Shown piece after piece: positions 27,848 to 37,886 of a stretch of DNA of 64,000 nt. The notes under the pieces were generated by a model. The model was not told the DNA's origin, did not search any database, and worked only from the letters and a program-made list of their open reading frames with translations. The position numbers and the translations under genes were made by a program. The stretch spans positions 2,528,001 through 2,592,000 of the forward strand of contig OZ241744.1 in assembly GCA_965200965.1 (NCBI GenBank). The letters are read 5' to 3'. Numbering within the stretch: the stretch's first letter is position 1; the number at the start of each line of letters is the position of its first letter. Source of the stretch: an uncultured Candidatus Binatia bacterium (GTDB lineage: Bacteria; Desulfobacterota; Binatia; Bin18).

Positions 27848-30800
27848 CTATCCAGGCTGCTTTCTCAATCCCACCCGCTGATAGACTTTGGGCAGCTCGG
27901 TCGGCAGCGAGGCCACATCGTCAAGCACCAGGTAGCGCGACGGTTCACACATTTCGCGCAGATAATCGTGGCCGGCTTTATCAACCGTCAGACAGAAGGT
28001 CAGCACGCCGGCCTTTTCGGCTTCGCGCAGGGCCACCATTGTATCCCGAATGCCATAGGTCGTAGAGCGCCGGTCCGGGCCGTAGTCCATGTCTTGGGGA
28101 AAGCCGTCGCTCAGCAGGATCAGCAGCTTGACCCGGCAGGCCATATTTTTGAGCTTTTCCAAGGCATGTCGCACCGCGGGTCCCATCCGGGTTGAGCGCT
28201 TGGGTTCGATGGCCCCGATGCGCCCTTTGACGGTCGGCGACAGGGCCTCGACAAACGACTTGACGTGGTAGAACTCGATGTTGTCCCGGCCCTGGCCTGA
28301 GAAACCATAGATGGCGTAGGAATCGCCGATCTCTTCAAGCGCCTCAGCCATCAGTACCAGGGTCTCTTTGGTGACATCAATAATGCGGCGCGGTTTGGGC
28401 TGGGCCGGGGGCGGGTCGTGCCTCGGCCAGTCATCAGCTTCTTCGTCGCTGTAGTCGCGCGCAGGCGGGACGAGCGGCTCGTCGGTTGAGGCGCTCATGT
28501 CGAGCAGAAAGAGGGCGGCCACGTCGCGTTCGGTCTGCCGGCGTTCGGTGTACAGCTTGGCCGAGGGGGGGCAGCCGGCGCGCCTGTCAACGGCCGCGGT
28601 GACTGCGGCGTTGAGGTCAAACTCGTGGCCGTCTTCAAGGCCGCGCACCAGCCGGTACTGTTCCGGTCGGATGCGTTGGAACTCGTGTTTGATGGCCGGG
28701 GTCAGGGCCGTGTAGTCGCTGAGCGTCCGAGAAAAAAACTCGCCGGCGTCGCCGGCCAGCACGATCTCTCGCAGCCGACACCAGCGGGTCCGGTAGTCGG
28801 CGATCTGATAGTCCCACTCGTCATAGTAAAAGCTCAGGTCTTCCTGGTGCCCGACGCGGCGCTGACCGCCGGCACGCGCCGCGTCATTTCCCACGGCGGT
28901 GTGCTTCATTTCGCTCTGGCCCGGCAGTTTTCCGTTCAAATCGCTGGCGTACAGCCCTTGGGGGGTGAGCCTGTCCTGTTTGCCCTGACGAATCTGGAGC
29001 TCAAGGCCGGCCTCGATCAAGGCTTTGAGTTCTTCGGCTGACAGGGGGCTGCCGCCCGTGTCCTCCTCCATTTCGTCTTCTAGCTGTAACTCGGGTATCT
29101 CGGGCGGCGCTTGGGCCGGCGGCGGACTGTCGTTATTATCCATGTCCGGGTCAATCAGAGCGTCACCGCTCAGTTTGTCAAAGACGAGGGGGCCAAAGTC
29201 CGCAGCCTCGTCCGGGTTGGGGCGGGCGGTGGCCAGTGAGGACAGAAGCCGCAGGTAGAGCGTGGCCGCGGTCAGGGCCGAGTCGTACACCGACTGCTGC
29301 AGGTCTGCCGCGGCCGGCAGATCTGACCACAACGATTTCAGGGAGACCAGGGTTTCTGGCAGCAGCGAGGGCAGAGACAAGGCGTTCAGCCACGCCACAT
29401 CTGCGCTCAGACCCCGATACGCCGCGGCCAAGCGGGCTTGAATACGTTGGGTCTCGGTCAGCACAAACAGCGCTTCAACAATGTCGGGATGGACAAAGCA
29501 GCGAAAATACTCGGCCAAGCCGCCCAGAGGACGGAACGTCTCGCCTTCCGTTCGATCTGATGACACATTCCGTCCTTCCGGAGCCGCGTCGTCGCGCATG
29601 ATGCGGCGGACCGCGGCCGGCAGGTCTGACCACAGCCGGCTGAGTGAGAACTGGTAGGTGCCGAACTCGCGGCGGCCGGCCTGCTGAGCGGCCAGGGCGC
29701 GAAACAGCCGAAAGTTTTCGTCCCAGGTCTCAAACATCTCAACCCGGCCCGGCAGGGTCAGCTCTTCGCTCGGGGCTTCTTCAAGCACGGGCGGGTAGGA
29801 GAAAAACTCCTGGCGTCGAATGCCGACCGGGGTGCCGGTCAGCATCTGGATGTATTTGCGCAGCAGTTCCTGGACCTCTTCAAGATCAATGCCCGCCGAT
29901 GCTTGGCGCAGGACCTGAAAGCTGGTGCGTGACTCCAGGGCAAAATAGGCCACCCCGGCCTCGGGGTTGTCGGCGGCAATGCGTGCGCCTGTTGCCAGCC
30001 ACTCCTGGAGACCGGCGTCACTGGTTTCTTCACAGACCCGGGGCAAGGTCCGAATCAGCCGCGGGATGGCGGCCGGAAAGGTATTGGCCAAGCCGAGCAG
30101 GCTGTGTTGCAGGGCTGGCTGCCCGGCCAAGTCAATGGTCTTGGCCACCGGTCCCAGCAGAGGCAGCAGGCCGGGGACCGTATGCGGGTCTGAACAAATC
30201 ACCGGGGCCAGGGCGAACAGATAAAAAGACCGCAGGGCTGGACTGAGACTCGCCAGGGTCGGCGGCAGGCCAAAAAAAATCTCTGTCGCCGCCGGGGCAG
30301 ACCGGTCGGCGGCCTGTTGGACGGAGAGCAGAAACGCCAGGCGTTGGGACTGACTCAAGGCTATGAAACCGTCGGGCAGACGGGTATAGAACATCTTTGA
30401 CCCAGATTCTTGGACCAGGACGCCGAGTTTTGCCCAAGCCGCTATTTCCTCGGGACTCAGAACTGGCAGAGCGGCCGCGGCCGACGAGAAGTAGGACACG
30501 GCCAGAAACTCGCCCTTCCAGCCGTTGCAGCCCAACAACAGCCGGCCCTGCTCGGCCCAGGCGCGCAGGCGTAGCCCAAAGGGGACCGGCAGCTGGTCAA
30601 AAAGCGGGGCCGAGGCTTGAAAGAACTGCGTCCCAAGGCGACGCGAGACCCGGAGAACGTCGCGCCCAACAGCGACCCATTCTTCGGCCCGTTCGAGACC
30701 GCGCCGCCGGACCGAGTCGGGTGGAATCGCAAAATAGGCGAGCGCACCGTCGCGTGAGGCCGGCTCGTGCCCGGCCAGGTCTTCGCCAATTGCCGCCCAG

Positions 30801-31000
30801 CGTCCGAAGTTCTCCGCGCCAAACACCAGCCAGGCGATCGGAGCTTGCCGACAAAAGGCTTGGGCCAGGGCCAGCGACACTTCGGCCAGCCGGTCTCCGG
30901 TGCTCAGAATCGTCTCGCGCGCCTCGAACGGCAGCGCTTCGAGTTCGGCCAAGCCAGACAGATGGCGGCTATCAAACCACAGGTGACGGAGGGAAGACAT
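27848..31000 (-). CDS. Large NorD/CbbO-like von Willebrand A domain protein
   Basis: YYDEWDY, LLDMSAST (MIDAS), STRMGPAVRHA, LSDGFPQD. Confidence 0.85.
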   Translation of the reverse strand: MSSLRHLWFDSRHLSGLAELEALPFEARETILSTGDRLAEVSLALAQAFCRQAPIAWLVFGAENFGRWAAIGEDLAGHEPASRDGALAYFAIPPDSVRRRGLERAEEWVAVGRDVLRVSRRLGTQFFQASAPLFDQLPVPFGLRLRAWAEQGRLLLGCNGWKGEFLAVSYFSSAAAALPVLSPEEIAAWAKLGVLVQESGSKMFYTRLPDGFIALSQSQRLAFLLSVQQAADRSAPAATEIFFGLPPTLASLSPALRSFYLFALAPVICSDPHTVPGLLPLLGPVAKTIDLAGQPALQHSLLGLANTFPAAIPRLIRTLPRVCEETSDAGLQEWLATGARIAADNPEAGVAYFALESRTSFQVLRQASAGIDLEEVQELLRKYIQMLTGTPVGIRRQEFFSYPPVLEEAPSEELTLPGRVEMFETWDENFRLFRALAAQQAGRREFGTYQFSLSRLWSDLPAAVRRIMRDDAAPEGRNVSSDRTEGETFRPLGGLAEYFRCFVHPDIVEALFVLTETQRIQARLAAAYRGLSADVAWLNALSLPSLLPETLVSLKSLWSDLPAAADLQQSVYDSALTAATLYLRLLSSLATARPNPDEAADFGPLVFDKLSGDALIDPDMDNNDSPPPAQAPPEIPELQLEDEMEEDTGGSPLSAEELKALIEAGLELQIRQGKQDRLTPQGLYASDLNGKLPGQSEMKHTAVGNDAARAGGQRRVGHQEDLSFYYDEWDYQIADYRTRWCRLREIVLAGDAGEFFSRTLSDYTALTPAIKHEFQRIRPEQYRLVRGLEDGHEFDLNAAVTAAVDRRAGCPPSAKLYTERRQTERDVAALFLLDMSASTDEPLVPPARDYSDEEADDWPRHDPPPAQPKPRRIIDVTKETLVLMAEALEEIGDSYAIYGFSGQGRDNIEFYHVKSFVEALSPTVKGRIGAIEPKRSTRMGPAVRHALEKLKNMACRVKLLILLSDGFPQDMDYGPDRRSTTYGIRDTMVALREAEKAGVLTFCLTVDKAGHDYLREMCEPSRYLVLDDVASLPTELPKVYQRVGLRKQPG
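29530..29574. repeat. Palindromic element family A, in frame in the VWA gene
   Basis: 45 bp; encodes RNVSSDRTEGETFRP. Confidence 0.92.
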
Positions 31001-31032
31001 CAGGGATCACACCGCAGAAGAACCCGACCCGC

Positions 31033-31947
31033 CTACACATGGGTCAGCCAGTGCGTATAGCTGCTGTCCGTTCCCCTGGTCAGGGCAAAGAAGCGTTGTT
31101 GGAGAAAACGGGTCACTGCTCCGGGGGTCTCGCCGCGGATGGGCCGGTCGTCGAGTTCACGGATGGGCGTCACCTCTGCGGCCGTGCCGGTGAAGAATGC
31201 TTCGTCGGCCAGATAGATAGCGTCCCGGGTCAGCGGTTCTTCGGACAGATCATAGCCGCCGTCACGCAGCAGGGTGATCACGGTATCGCGGGTAATGCCG
31301 GGCAGCAGCGAGGTCGAGAGGGGCGGGGTGCTGATTTTTCCCTTGCGCACCACAAAGATATTCTCGCCCGCCCCTTCGGCTACATGACCGTCGGTATCGA
31401 GCAGCAGGGCTTCGTCATAGCCCAAGGCCCAGACTTCCTGGCCGGCCAGGATGGCGTTCAGATAGGTCCCGACTGCTTTGGCCTTGGTCATCAGGGTATT
31501 GACGTGAAAGCGCTGAAAGGACGATGTTTTGACCCGAATCCCATTTTTCAGACCCTCTTCGCCCAGGTAGGCACCCCACGCCCAGGCGGCAATCGCCACC
31601 CGAATGGGGTTGCTTCGGGCGTGCAGCCCACGGTCGCCCTCACCGACAAACACCAGCGGTCGGATATAACACTCTTTGAGGCCATTGACCCGGACGGTTT
31701 CGACACAGGCTTGGGTGATCTGCTCAGGCGTAAACGGAATGGTGAGAGCCAGAATATGGGCTGAGTCAAAGAGTCGCTCAATATGCTCGGCAAGACGGAA
31801 GACTGCTGAACGGCCGTCCTCACCGGCGTAGCACCGGATGCCCTCAAACACGCCGACGCCGTAGTGGAGGGTATGGGTGAGCACATGCACATTGGCCTCG
31901 TGCCAGGCGACAAACTCGCCGTCCATCCAGATTTTGCCGTTTTCCAC
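31033..31947 (-). CDS. ilvE: Branched-chain amino acid aminotransferase
   Basis: LHYGVGVFEGIRCY, AEGAGENIF, LPGITRD, FTGTAAEVTPI; probable GTG start. Confidence 0.96.
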   Translation of the reverse strand: MENGKIWMDGEFVAWHEANVHVLTHTLHYGVGVFEGIRCYAGEDGRSAVFRLAEHIERLFDSAHILALTIPFTPEQITQACVETVRVNGLKECYIRPLVFVGEGDRGLHARSNPIRVAIAAWAWGAYLGEEGLKNGIRVKTSSFQRFHVNTLMTKAKAVGTYLNAILAGQEVWALGYDEALLLDTDGHVAEGAGENIFVVRKGKISTPPLSTSLLPGITRDTVITLLRDGGYDLSEEPLTRDAIYLADEAFFTGTAAEVTPIRELDDRPIRGETPGAVTRFLQQRFFALTRGTDSSYTHWLTHV

Positions 31948-31988
31948 GCCGTCCTCCTTCGCCGGAAACCCCTTGCACATCAGAACAC

Positions 31989-32954
31989 TTAGCGAAAGTC
32001 AATGGAGGAAGCGGTGTTCCTCTGGCCGGCGTCGTGCAAGACCCGCCCGGTCTTCCCGTCGTGTGCTTGGAGGTCGCGGCTGTGGGCCAGCCGGGCGAGG
32101 GGAATCCGACCGAGGAAGCAGCGCTCGACCTCGGCGAGGCGGCTGGAGAAGGCGGACTCGTCAAGCGCGAGATCACTGCCGACGATCACGACATTGCCGC
32201 CAAACACGCGAAACACGACCGTGTGCGGCCAGGCCGCAGCAAAGGTAGTTCGGGCCGCGGGATAGGCGGGGACGCCTGAGTGCAGGTTGGTGGCAAGCAC
32301 GCCGCCCGGGGCGAGGCAGGTTCGGCATTCGGCGTAAAACTTCCGGGTGCTCAGGTGGGCTGGAATGCCTTGGGCACGGTAGGCGTCAAGCAGGATCAGG
32401 TCATAGGATGGCCGGCCGGCAGTCCGGCGCAGATAGTCCCAGCCGTCCTGGACGATAATCCGCTGACGGCTGTCCTGGACAAGACCAAAGAAGCGTTCGG
32501 CTATCTCAACAACCAGCGGATCAAGCTCAACGGTGTGCAGGGTCGTCCGCTCCAGGTAGTGGTGGAGCGTCATTTGCAGGCGTCCGCCGCCCAGACCGAT
32601 GAGCAGAATACGCCGGGGATGGGGCTGCCAGACCAGAGCCAGGAGCATGGCCTGGGTATAGGCCGAGGGCAGGGCCAGAGGGCTAGTAGGGTCAAGCCGT
32701 GACTGGACTTCTTCGAGCCGGCTGTGTGGGTGGCGATAGCACAGCAGGAGTTGGCGGCGGGTGCGGCGGACGACGATGTGGTTGTAGGCCGAGACCTGCT
32801 CATGCACGATGCCGGGCCGCATAGTGCGGACGCCGGCCAGCCGGTGGGCGAGAACGGCCACATTGCGCTCTTGCCAAGATGATTGGGGGGCAGGATGTGG
32901 TGCGCGTCGCCGCCAGCCGGGCATTCTTCCCCATCGTTGTGGGCGTGGCGTCAT
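31989..32954 (-). CDS. Spermidine synthase-like SAM-dependent protein
   Basis: LIGLGGG, VELDP, YDLILLDAY, HLST..FY; start uncertain. Confidence 0.8.
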   Translation of the reverse strand: MTPRPQRWGRMPGWRRRAPHPAPQSSWQERNVAVLAHRLAGVRTMRPGIVHEQVSAYNHIVVRRTRRQLLLCYRHPHSRLEEVQSRLDPTSPLALPSAYTQAMLLALVWQPHPRRILLIGLGGGRLQMTLHHYLERTTLHTVELDPLVVEIAERFFGLVQDSRQRIIVQDGWDYLRRTAGRPSYDLILLDAYRAQGIPAHLSTRKFYAECRTCLAPGGVLATNLHSGVPAYPAARTTFAAAWPHTVVFRVFGGNVVIVGSDLALDESAFSSRLAEVERCFLGRIPLARLAHSRDLQAHDGKTGRVLHDAGQRNTASSIDFR

Positions 32955-33367
32955 TTGAGGGTGGCGATGGCCAGGCGGTGCAGACCCTCGGTCCGGGCCA
33001 GGTCCATCACGCTCACCACCCGCCCGTGCTGGACTTCCTGGTCGGCGCGGACTACCAGGGTAATCTTGCCGCCCTTTTCCCGCTCGGCCTGGAACACGTC
33101 CTGAAGCTGCTCAAGGCTGGTCTCTTGGTCGTTCAGAAACAGGCCACCACCTTTGGCCAAGCTCACGGTCAGGCGTTTCTGTTCCTGTTGAGAGGCGGCT
33201 GAGGACGCCTTGGGGAGGCTGACATCAACCCGGCCCTCTCTGCTCTGACTGAATGTGGCAAGAAAGCTGAAGGTGATGAAGAAGAAGATGAACATGTTCA
33301 TGATGATGTCGGTCAGGGCTATTGAGTCGAGGCTCAGCTTGGGCGGTGCGTGCTTGCTAAACTGCAT
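32951..33367 (-). CDS. exbD: ExbD/TolR family protein
   Basis: ALTDIIMNMFIFF, VSLPKA, VRAD..V.HG.VV.VMD. Confidence 0.9.
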   Translation of the reverse strand: MQFSKHAPPKLSLDSIALTDIIMNMFIFFFITFSFLATFSQSREGRVDVSLPKASSAASQQEQKRLTVSLAKGGGLFLNDQETSLEQLQDVFQAEREKGGKITLVVRADQEVQHGRVVSVMDLARTEGLHRLAIATLK

Positions 33368-34112
33368 GGCTCAGCGGCTCCTGGGACCGGGTGAGGATAT
33401 CGACCAGGGTCTCGGTGTACTCTTCGGTCAGCCGGGTCAGGTGTCGGACCCGGCTGGTGAGGTGATGATAGAGCAGATAGTATGGAATGGTCACACTCAG
33501 GCCGGCCGCGGTGGTGATCATGGCTTCGTAGATACCGCCGGCCAGGATGTTAATGGTAATCTGATCGCCCATGACCTCCCAACTCATAAAGGCGCGGATC
33601 AGACCGATGATTGTGCCCAGAAAGCCCAGCATCGGCGCGACCCCGACCACCGCCGCCAGGACGCTCAGATAGGACTCCAGACCGGCAACGACATCGCCAC
33701 CGAGACGTTCGAGACGCCGGGTCAACTCGCCGCGGCCGTGCTCACGGTACACAATGGCGGCTTCAAACAGCCGGCTGAGCGGGCTGGTGTATTCACGACA
33801 GACGCCAAGGGCGATTGAGATATTGCCCTCGGCCAACTGGGGTTCAATACGCTGGTTGAGGGCGTTGAGGTGCTTCCGAAACCGCCACAGGGACCAGAGT
33901 TTCGCCAGCACAATGGCAAGGGCTACGACTGACAGAGCGGCGATGATGAGCAGGACCACGCCGCCTTTGGCCAGAAAAAACCAGACTCCCTGGTCTGTTG
34001 GTAAAATCGTGATGGCCTTTCGCCCTTGCTGTACAGACGCCTCGCCTGTTTTCCGCTTGGCGAGCGGTGAGGACGGCTCGTCTTTGTCAGACTTCACAAT
34101 TCTTGGTGACAA
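33357..34112 (-). CDS. exbB: MotA/TolQ/ExbB proton channel protein
   Basis: APMLGFLGTIIGLI, GGIYEAMITTAAGL; start uncertain; N-terminus contains a family B element (34034-34086). Confidence 0.88.
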   Translation of the reverse strand: MSPRIVKSDKDEPSSPLAKRKTGEASVQQGRKAITILPTDQGVWFFLAKGGVVLLIIAALSVVALAIVLAKLWSLWRFRKHLNALNQRIEPQLAEGNISIALGVCREYTSPLSRLFEAAIVYREHGRGELTRRLERLGGDVVAGLESYLSVLAAVVGVAPMLGFLGTIIGLIRAFMSWEVMGDQITINILAGGIYEAMITTAAGLSVTIPYYLLYHHLTSRVRHLTRLTEEYTETLVDILTRSQEPLSHAV

Positions 34113-36549
34113 AGTCCTGGATCTGTTTTTTGAGCTGCGGGTCTCCCAGCCGGTTCAGCATGGCCCGGGTGCCGCGGGCGGTACGACAGCCGGCCTGGGC
34201 GTTGCCGAGTGAGGCGTTGAGGACGGCGACTTCATACGAGCCACGAAACCAGATCGGGTCTCCGACCTGTGAATCCTGGAGCATTTCTTCCCAGTAAGCC
34301 AGCGCTTGCTGTTTGTCGTCGTTGACCTCGGCGATGTGGGCGAGGCCGGCCAGCGAGACCAACGAATAGGCCCCGTCCTGGAGTTCGGTATACAGGGCCG
34401 CGGCCCGGTCGTAGTCTTTGACGTCCAGGTAGAGTTGGGCCAGTTCGTATTTGAACTTGTCCTGGGATTCGTCGGCGGCAAAGTCCTGGCGGGCAATTTT
34501 ATCGCTGTACAGGCGGACCAGGGTGCGCTTGGCGGCCTGGAGGTTTTCTCCAGGGGAATCGTCTGGTCTTCCGCTCGAAAGCTCAGGACGATTCATCTGC
34601 TTTGTCAGGGTCCGAATATCCCGGACTAAGACCTGGTCAAGGGCTTTGAGCAACTCAAGACGCTTGTCGCCGTTATAGTTGGCGAAGATGGCCTCTACGT
34701 TTTTTTCCAGTTCTTTGAACCGGCCGGCTTTCTCCAGGGTAATCAGCCGGACGCGGGCGACGGTTTCAAAGGCATCTTTGTGGACCGGATACTGCTGCTC
34801 GAAGTCGTGCAGCAGGTCGGCGATCTGGACGGCGTTGGCATCGATATCTTCGCTGAGCAGAACTGCATGCATGAACTTGACCCGGCCGCGGTAGTTCCTG
34901 AGATTTTCGCGTTTTTTGCCCTTGGGATTCTGCTGCTCAAACGCAGCGCTGCTCCGCTCAAAGGAGACGAGGGTATCGGCGATTCGCTGTTTGAGCTCGT
35001 CGAGACTGATGCCCGGGTCTTTGGCCGGTGCTTCTTGGCGCAACGCTGCATCGTCTTGTGACTGGTCAGGGCTATTCGTCTTGTGTTCGTAGATCGAAAA
35101 GTAGCTCTGGAGGGTGGCAAAATCGGCCCGGAAGCGAAATTCGATATTACCGCGCACCTGCCGATAGGCATTGACGGCTTCGAGATAGTTTTCCTGCCCG
35201 TGATGGTACTCACCGAGTCGAAAGTGTGCCTCGTGCAGAGCTTTTGAGCGGTTTTTGGTATCGCGCCTGATCAGGTCTCTGGCCGAATCCACATACAGGC
35301 GACCGTTGGCCTGATTCTGTGAGCGGGCAAACAAGGTCTCGGCGGCCTTGAAACGCAGGTAGGCAGCGTTGATCACATTTTTGGACGGCTTGCCACCCAG
35401 GTAGCTGTCGAGGGCGGTTATCGCTTGGCGCAGCCTGCCAGTCCTCACCAGGGCGTCGCCGAGATAATACTGGGCGTCCTGCTTGTAGCGCTGGGCGCGG
35501 GGGTCATCTGACTCCAGAACCGTCCGCAGCAGCGGAATGGCCTTGGCGTGCCGGCCTTGCCGAATAAAGGTCGCCGCGTTGTTCCACGGCAGGTAAGGGT
35601 TGAGGGTCAGCTTTTCGTCTTCGTTGAGTTCTTTGGCCAGCAGCGTATCGGCCCTGTTCTTCCACGAGTCGTCGGCGTCTTGGGATTCTTTGACCCCCAA
35701 TACCAGGCCGATTGCCCGCTCACGCGTCTTGTTGCGCTGCTTGCCCCGTTCTTGCTGGCTGCGCTCAAACAGGCCGGTGGCTTCGGCCAACTGTTGTTCG
35801 AGCAGGTCCTCAGCCGTGGGACCTTGGCGGGGCCGGCGGCCGCTCCTGGCCAGCCGGCGGGTCTCTTTCAGCGCGTTGCGGACCTTGGTACGCATGCTGG
35901 GGCTGGTTGCCCGATCTTGCAATAGCGCCTCAAAGTCTCTGATCGCCCAGTCATACTCGCCCAGTTCCCGCTCGCTCAGGGCGCGGCCGAACAGGGTTTC
36001 GCGTTTGACGTTGGACGCCGGCCCGGAGGCAAACTCGGAGAAGCCGTTAATCGCGTCTTTGAGCATTTGGGTTTGCCGCTTGCCCTCATGCACAAAGGAG
36101 CCGATATAGTTGAGCCAGTTCAGAAAATACAACGATCGGGCAGCCACATCCTGGGCGTCTCTCCAGCGGGCCTCTTCGTACAGCGCCTCAAGGTCGTCGT
36201 CAACGGCCATGATGTCTTGCATCCAGCGCTCCATAGCGTCGGTGTTGGCCTTGTAGATGGCGTGCAGAGGCGCGTTCAGGTCGGTATAAATCTGCCGCAC
36301 GGTTGAGCGCTTGGTCTTGACTGCGCTGGCCAGATCAGAGGCGGCCACAAACTCCATGACCAGCGGCCCGATGACGGCGATGGCGTCAAGCTGTCCGTCC
36401 TTGCCGGTGTTCTTCAACTCGTTGGCGCGATTTTTTGCCTGGACAGCACGCGACGACAAGTCTGAGATCGTCGCCGCACCGCTTGACCCGGGATCTGTCA
36501 GACCGGACGCCAGGGCCAAAAGACAAGTTATGACAATGATGCGTCGCAC
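34087..36549 (-). CDS. Exported TPR-like alpha-helical protein
   Basis: Signal peptide; TPR-like segments (AQYYLGDALV, AHFRLGEY, YELAQLY). Confidence 0.8.
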   Translation of the reverse strand: MRRIIVITCLLALASGLTDPGSSGAATISDLSSRAVQAKNRANELKNTGKDGQLDAIAVIGPLVMEFVAASDLASAVKTKRSTVRQIYTDLNAPLHAIYKANTDAMERWMQDIMAVDDDLEALYEEARWRDAQDVAARSLYFLNWLNYIGSFVHEGKRQTQMLKDAINGFSEFASGPASNVKRETLFGRALSERELGEYDWAIRDFEALLQDRATSPSMRTKVRNALKETRRLARSGRRPRQGPTAEDLLEQQLAEATGLFERSQQERGKQRNKTRERAIGLVLGVKESQDADDSWKNRADTLLAKELNEDEKLTLNPYLPWNNAATFIRQGRHAKAIPLLRTVLESDDPRAQRYKQDAQYYLGDALVRTGRLRQAITALDSYLGGKPSKNVINAAYLRFKAAETLFARSQNQANGRLYVDSARDLIRRDTKNRSKALHEAHFRLGEYHHGQENYLEAVNAYRQVRGNIEFRFRADFATLQSYFSIYEHKTNSPDQSQDDAALRQEAPAKDPGISLDELKQRIADTLVSFERSSAAFEQQNPKGKKRENLRNYRGRVKFMHAVLLSEDIDANAVQIADLLHDFEQQYPVHKDAFETVARVRLITLEKAGRFKELEKNVEAIFANYNGDKRLELLKALDQVLVRDIRTLTKQMNRPELSSGRPDDSPGENLQAAKRTLVRLYSDKIARQDFAADESQDKFKYELAQLYLDVKDYDRAAALYTELQDGAYSLVSLAGLAHIAEVNDDKQQALAYWEEMLQDSQVGDPIWFRGSYEVAVLNASLGNAQAGCRTARGTRAMLNRLGDPQLKKQIQDFVTKNCEV

Positions 36550-36577
36550 GCTCCCTCTCCTCTATGGTGTGCTTCTC

Positions 36578-36625
36578 CTCATCGTCCTCACATCTTGCTC
36601 AGTGAAGACAAGACGATGAGTCTTT
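36578..36625. repeat. Palindromic element family B, intergenic
   Basis: Minus strand AAAGACTCATCGTCTTGTCTTC...GTGAGGACGATGAG. Confidence 0.75.
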
Positions 36626-37842
36626 TAGCTCAGGTCTCGCAGGAAGCGTTCCATTTCCGTTTCCCACCGAGTGCCAAAAGTCAGCACGATGATCTGCTTG
36701 GTCAGCCGTTTCTCGTCGGTCAGCGGAATGAACTCCCCTCCGCCGGCTCTGGCGATGGAGGCCATGGTGTCACGAAACTCCTGGTAGAAACCGGGCAGCG
36801 GGGACGGTTTGAAAGCGATCCGGGTCAGATGTGCGTTCTGTTTCCACAGGGCCCGCTCAAAGTCTTCGTGCATCTTTTCGGCCAAGTCTATGACGCTCAC
36901 ATAGCCGCCCCCGGCCCGGAAGCTCTGGGCCAAGTTCAGGATATTGCTGACCGATTCGGGGTGCGGAGAAGAGCCCGACACGATGACCACAATCCGCCGC
37001 GATTTCTTGCGCCAACTGAAATCGTGAATCGCCACATCAACACCCTCGTACACGGCCTCGGGCCAGTCGCCCCCGCCACCGGCTTCGAGGTTGGCCAGAA
37101 AGCTCTGGAGCTTCGAGGTTGAGAAGCTGAAGTCAACCCAGCGGGTGACGAACTCCTCGCCCCGGTCCCGATAGGCAACAATGCCGACCCGTGTGGTATC
37201 GACCATAGTTTGCAGGGATCCGATCATATTGCTGAGTCGCTCTCGGACCGACTCAATCACAAACTGCATGCTGTCGGTCGCGTCAACGACGAGGGCGACA
37301 TCAATCCCGGTCCGACGGAGACCGCCGACGCGGTCGCCGAAGTCACCACCGAGCACACCGCTGACCGAGCCGCTCAGGTTGGTGATCTGGGTGGTCAGAC
37401 CCTTGAGATCGTCAGAGGTGCGGCTCATCTGAATCGTGACCGGACTGAATGCGTTACTCACAATCGGCATGGCGGTCGGCTTGATGGCTGCGACACGGCC
37501 GGCCAGAGGCGGCGGGCCCTCGGCCCATTTCCTGACCCTTTTATGCGGCAGCATATCCATGGACAAGGCCCCGGGCAGGTCTCGCAGAGACGGCTCGCCC
37601 TCCCAGTCGTCCGGGTCCTGTTCGTCTGCCTGCGCGGCCGGGTCTTGGGACGCCGGCAGGGCGGCTACTTTGATGAGCGCCTGGTTTTTCTGCATCACGG
37701 TCACGGCGGTCGTAGCAAACACCGACAGCAGCAGCAGGTGGGCGACGGTGGAGACGGCAAACCAGCGTGCGTTGCTGCCGAACCGGCTTCTGGAAAGCCA
37801 CAGGTCTTCAGGCGGTGTGTTGTTTTTTTCGATAGAAGCCAT
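36625..37842 (-). CDS. Membrane-anchored VWA domain protein
   Basis: TonB-like anchor S.VAHLLLL; VVDATDSM, GIVAYRD, GGGDWPEA. Confidence 0.85.
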   Translation of the reverse strand: MASIEKNNTPPEDLWLSRSRFGSNARWFAVSTVAHLLLLSVFATTAVTVMQKNQALIKVAALPASQDPAAQADEQDPDDWEGEPSLRDLPGALSMDMLPHKRVRKWAEGPPPLAGRVAAIKPTAMPIVSNAFSPVTIQMSRTSDDLKGLTTQITNLSGSVSGVLGGDFGDRVGGLRRTGIDVALVVDATDSMQFVIESVRERLSNMIGSLQTMVDTTRVGIVAYRDRGEEFVTRWVDFSFSTSKLQSFLANLEAGGGGDWPEAVYEGVDVAIHDFSWRKKSRRIVVIVSGSSPHPESVSNILNLAQSFRAGGGYVSVIDLAEKMHEDFERALWKQNAHLTRIAFKPSPLPGFYQEFRDTMASIARAGGGEFIPLTDEKRLTKQIIVLTFGTRWETEMERFLRDLS

Positions 37843-37886
37843 GCGATCGCTCCCTTTTCTTCTCGCTTCCCTCAGCGCGGGCGTCT

